Shown: positions 57,094 to 58,793 of the stretch, in pieces
How the letters are laid out: the number at the start of each line of letters is the position of its first letter
Numbering within the stretch: position 1 is the stretch's first letter
Assembly (NCBI GenBank): GCA_003241595.1
Contig: QFOU01000002.1
Coordinates: forward strand, 1 to 58,793
Reading direction: 5' to 3'
Source: Pseudomonas fluorescens
Lineage (GTDB): Bacteria; Pseudomonadota; Alphaproteobacteria; UBA2136; UBA6156
Length of the DNA stretch: 58,793 bases
Notes under the pieces: generated by a model
What the model saw: only the letters and a program-made list of their open reading frames with translations
The model's database searches: none
Told to the model about the DNA's origin: nothing
Made by a program: the position numbers and the translations under genes

Positions 57094-57396
57094 TTAGACA
57101 GGCATCTGCATGATCTGCTGGTAGGCCTCGACGGCGCGGTCGCGGACGGTGACCAGCGTATTGAGAGTCAGCTCGGCCTTGCTGACGGCTTGCACGACAT
57201 CCTGCAGGGCCACATTCTCGCCATTGGCGGCGGCCATGCTGAGCTGGTTGGCGTTGTGTTGGGCATCGACCGTTTGATTGATGACGCCTTTGAGCACGTC
57301 GCCGAAGGTGCCCATGGCATTCGCTTCTGGCTTGGCGATACCACCTACGCCACCGATGCTTCCGATCAGCGATTGTCCGGCTTTTGCGAGTTCCAT
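57094..57396 (-). CDS. fliE: Flagellar hook-basal body protein FliE
   Basis: 100 aa with the C-terminus LVTVRDRAVEAYQQIMQMPV. Confidence 0.85.
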   Translation of the reverse strand: MELAKAGQSLIGSIGGVGGIAKPEANAMGTFGDVLKGVINQTVDAQHNANQLSMAAANGENVALQDVVQAVSKAELTLNTLVTVRDRAVEAYQQIMQMPV

Positions 57397-57449
57397 GGTC
57401 GGGCGTCCTTATTGTTGAGGCGCAGAGTATTCGGTTATCTGATGATTGT

Positions 57450-57857
57450 CTAGCGGAGCATATCGAAGGTGCGGGTCGCCATTTCGCGCGCAGTGGTGAT
57501 GGCGGCCATATTGGCTTCGTAGCTGCGTTGAGCTTCGCGCATGTTGATATTTTCGAGCGTGCCATTGACGTTAGGCATGGTGACGAAGCCACGGGCGTCG
57601 GCCATATCGCTGCCCGGATTGTAGACCACGTTCATGGGGGTAGTCATATCTTCCTGCGTGCGGGCTTTCACATCCATCTGGCCGGTGGCGCGGTTGAGCA
57701 CCGTTTGGAATACCACCTGCTTGGCGCGGTAGGGGCCTGTACCTTGGGCGTTTTGCACGCTGTCGGCGTTAGCGATGTTCTCGGAGGCCACCTTCATCCG
57801 CATGCTTTGGGCAAACATACCCGAGGCGCTGGTGTTAATGCTCTGTAACATATCCAT
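57450..57857 (-). CDS. flgC: Flagellar basal-body rod protein FlgC
   Basis: SASGMFAQSMRMKVASENIANADS and the C-terminus REMATRTFDMLR. Confidence 0.92.
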   Translation of the reverse strand: MDMLQSINTSASGMFAQSMRMKVASENIANADSVQNAQGTGPYRAKQVVFQTVLNRATGQMDVKARTQEDMTTPMNVVYNPGSDMADARGFVTMPNVNGTLENINMREAQRSYEANMAAITTAREMATRTFDMLR

Positions 57858-57888
57858 GAGAGTTACTCCTGCTTACTGAATTTTATGA

Positions 57889-58263
57889 TTAGCGTTGGCC
57901 AAGGGCGGTTTTTTGCATGGCGACCTGCTTGGTGTAGATCTCGGTCATCATGCGGTAGTTGAGTTGGATATCGGTCTGCTTCAGCATTTCTTCGTCGATA
58001 CGGACGCTGTTGCCGTTGTGTTGGATGAAGCGGGCGTCTTCCGTGATTGTGCCCTGCGCCGACGGAGCGGGTGTGCCAGCCATGTGCTGGGCGTTGGTGA
58101 CGGCCATACCGAAGCTGCTGTTGGCGGCGTTCGGTTTTTTGGCGACGAGGTCGCGGCTGAGATACCCCGGGGTGTTGGCGTTGGCGATGTTGCCCGCGAC
58201 AACGCCCTGACGTTCGATCAGGAAATTCATCCGGCTGGTGAGGGCTTCGCTGAGGTTGGCCAT
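57889..58263 (-). CDS. flgB: Flagellar basal-body rod protein FlgB
   Basis: RQGVVAGNIANANTPGY. Confidence 0.9.
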   Translation of the reverse strand: MANLSEALTSRMNFLIERQGVVAGNIANANTPGYLSRDLVAKKPNAANSSFGMAVTNAQHMAGTPAPSAQGTITEDARFIQHNGNSVRIDEEMLKQTDIQLNYRMMTEIYTKQVAMQKTALGQR

Positions 58264-58295
58264 GTTGGGGTCTCTCCTTGGTTCGCGTTCCTTTA

Positions 58296-58311
58296 TGCAA
58301 CGGGCGTGCCA
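58296..58311 (-). promoter_or_regulatory. Sigma-54 (-24/-12) promoter for the flgB operon
   Basis: Minus strand reads TGGCACgcccgTTGCA, a full match to TGGCAC-N5-TTGCA. The -12 element lies about 33 nt upstream of the flgB ATG. Confidence 0.7.
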
Positions 58312-58340
58312 AGGATGGATTTTTGAGAGCCGGCAAGGTT

Positions 58341-58356
58341 TGGCACAGGGTTTGCA
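58341..58356 (+). promoter_or_regulatory. Sigma-54 (-24/-12) promoter for flgI
   Basis: Plus strand reads TGGCACagggtTTGCA, a full match. It lies about 40 nt upstream of the flgI ATG. Confidence 0.7.
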
Positions 58357-58395
58357 TTAAGAGGGGCGAGAGAGCAATGAACCAAGGATACCGCC

Positions 58396-58793
58396 ATGCT
58401 GCGCACCCTGACCCACTTAATGAAATTCGCCGTGGTGGCGGTACTTACCGTTATGCCGATGCTGCCCCTGCCCGCCCACGCCGCCGCCCCAGCACGTATT
58501 AAAGATATTGCCGACATTGAAGGGGTACGTGACAACGTACTGGTAGGTTATGGTTTAATCGTGGGTCTGGCCGGTACCGGCGACAGCCCCAACGGCATCC
58601 CGTTCACCCGCCAATCGCTGGCCAACATGTTGGAGCGCCTGGGTGTGAACGCCAAGGATACGCTTGCGCAGATCAAGACCAAGAACGTGGCGGCCGTGAT
58701 GGTAACCGCCAAACTGCCGAGCTTGAGCCGCCAGGGTAGCCGCGTTGATGTTTCGGTCAGCAGCCTTGGCGATGCGAAATCTTTAGAAGGTGG
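58396..58793 (+). CDS. flgI: Flagellar P-ring protein FlgI (partial; continues beyond the right edge)
   Basis: My own translation: MLRTLTHLMKFAVVAVLTVMPMLPLPAHAAAPARIKDIADIEGVRDNVLVGYGLIVGLAGTGDS. An AAGGA SD precedes the start. It is not in the ORF track because there is no stop in the window. Confidence 0.9.
   Translation, partial: MLRTLTHLMKFAVVAVLTVMPMLPLPAHAAAPARIKDIADIEGVRDNVLVGYGLIVGLAGTGDSPNGIPFTRQSLANMLERLGVNAKDTLAQIKTKNVAAVMVTAKLPSLSRQGSRVDVSVSSLGDAKSLEG

Overview
This 58.8-kb window is a GC-rich chromosomal core segment. Its gene content suggests an alphaproteobacterium (inference). The clues are mdh-sucCD, a petABC bc1 operon, an LDH-like MDH, a FliX-like gene and a long-tailed S16. 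I can support about 70 CDSs. They cover SRP components (ftsY, ffh), rpsP-rimM, a mitochondrial-type aconitase and an aspartate aminotransferase. They also include the F1 ATP synthase genes atpH-A-G-D-C, murI, gloA, hemH, xth, hbd, def-fmt-truA and an OmpR/HK two-component pair. Further genes are sucCD, fabI, mdh, an M48 peptidase, a CCG-domain Fe-S protein, a TrxR-type FNR, pth-ychF, RNA methyltransferases, msrB and petABC. A sigma-54-driven flagellar operon (flgB-flgC-fliE-fliQ-fliR-fliX-like-csrA-fliW) runs divergently from flgI. I found no rRNA, tRNA, CRISPR array, transposase, integrase or recognisable defence system. The unusual theme is that three normally compact operons are broken up by lineage-specific ORFans. 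These operons are rpsP-rimM-(trmD-rplS), atpHAGDC and mdh-sucC-sucD. The ORFans are mostly small signal-peptide, low-complexity or His-rich proteins, and two of them sit inside sucC-sucD. Other items worth a second look:
- a Ser-less ACP-like gene upstream of fabI
- a stand-alone DnaA domain-IV protein
- a truncated ATP synthase epsilon subunit
- a three-gene paralog array
- a CsrA with a long tail
- an orphan VirB2-like pilin
- a structured noncoding region at 9.6-10.1 kb

All functional calls rest on motif recognition by eye. No database search was run.
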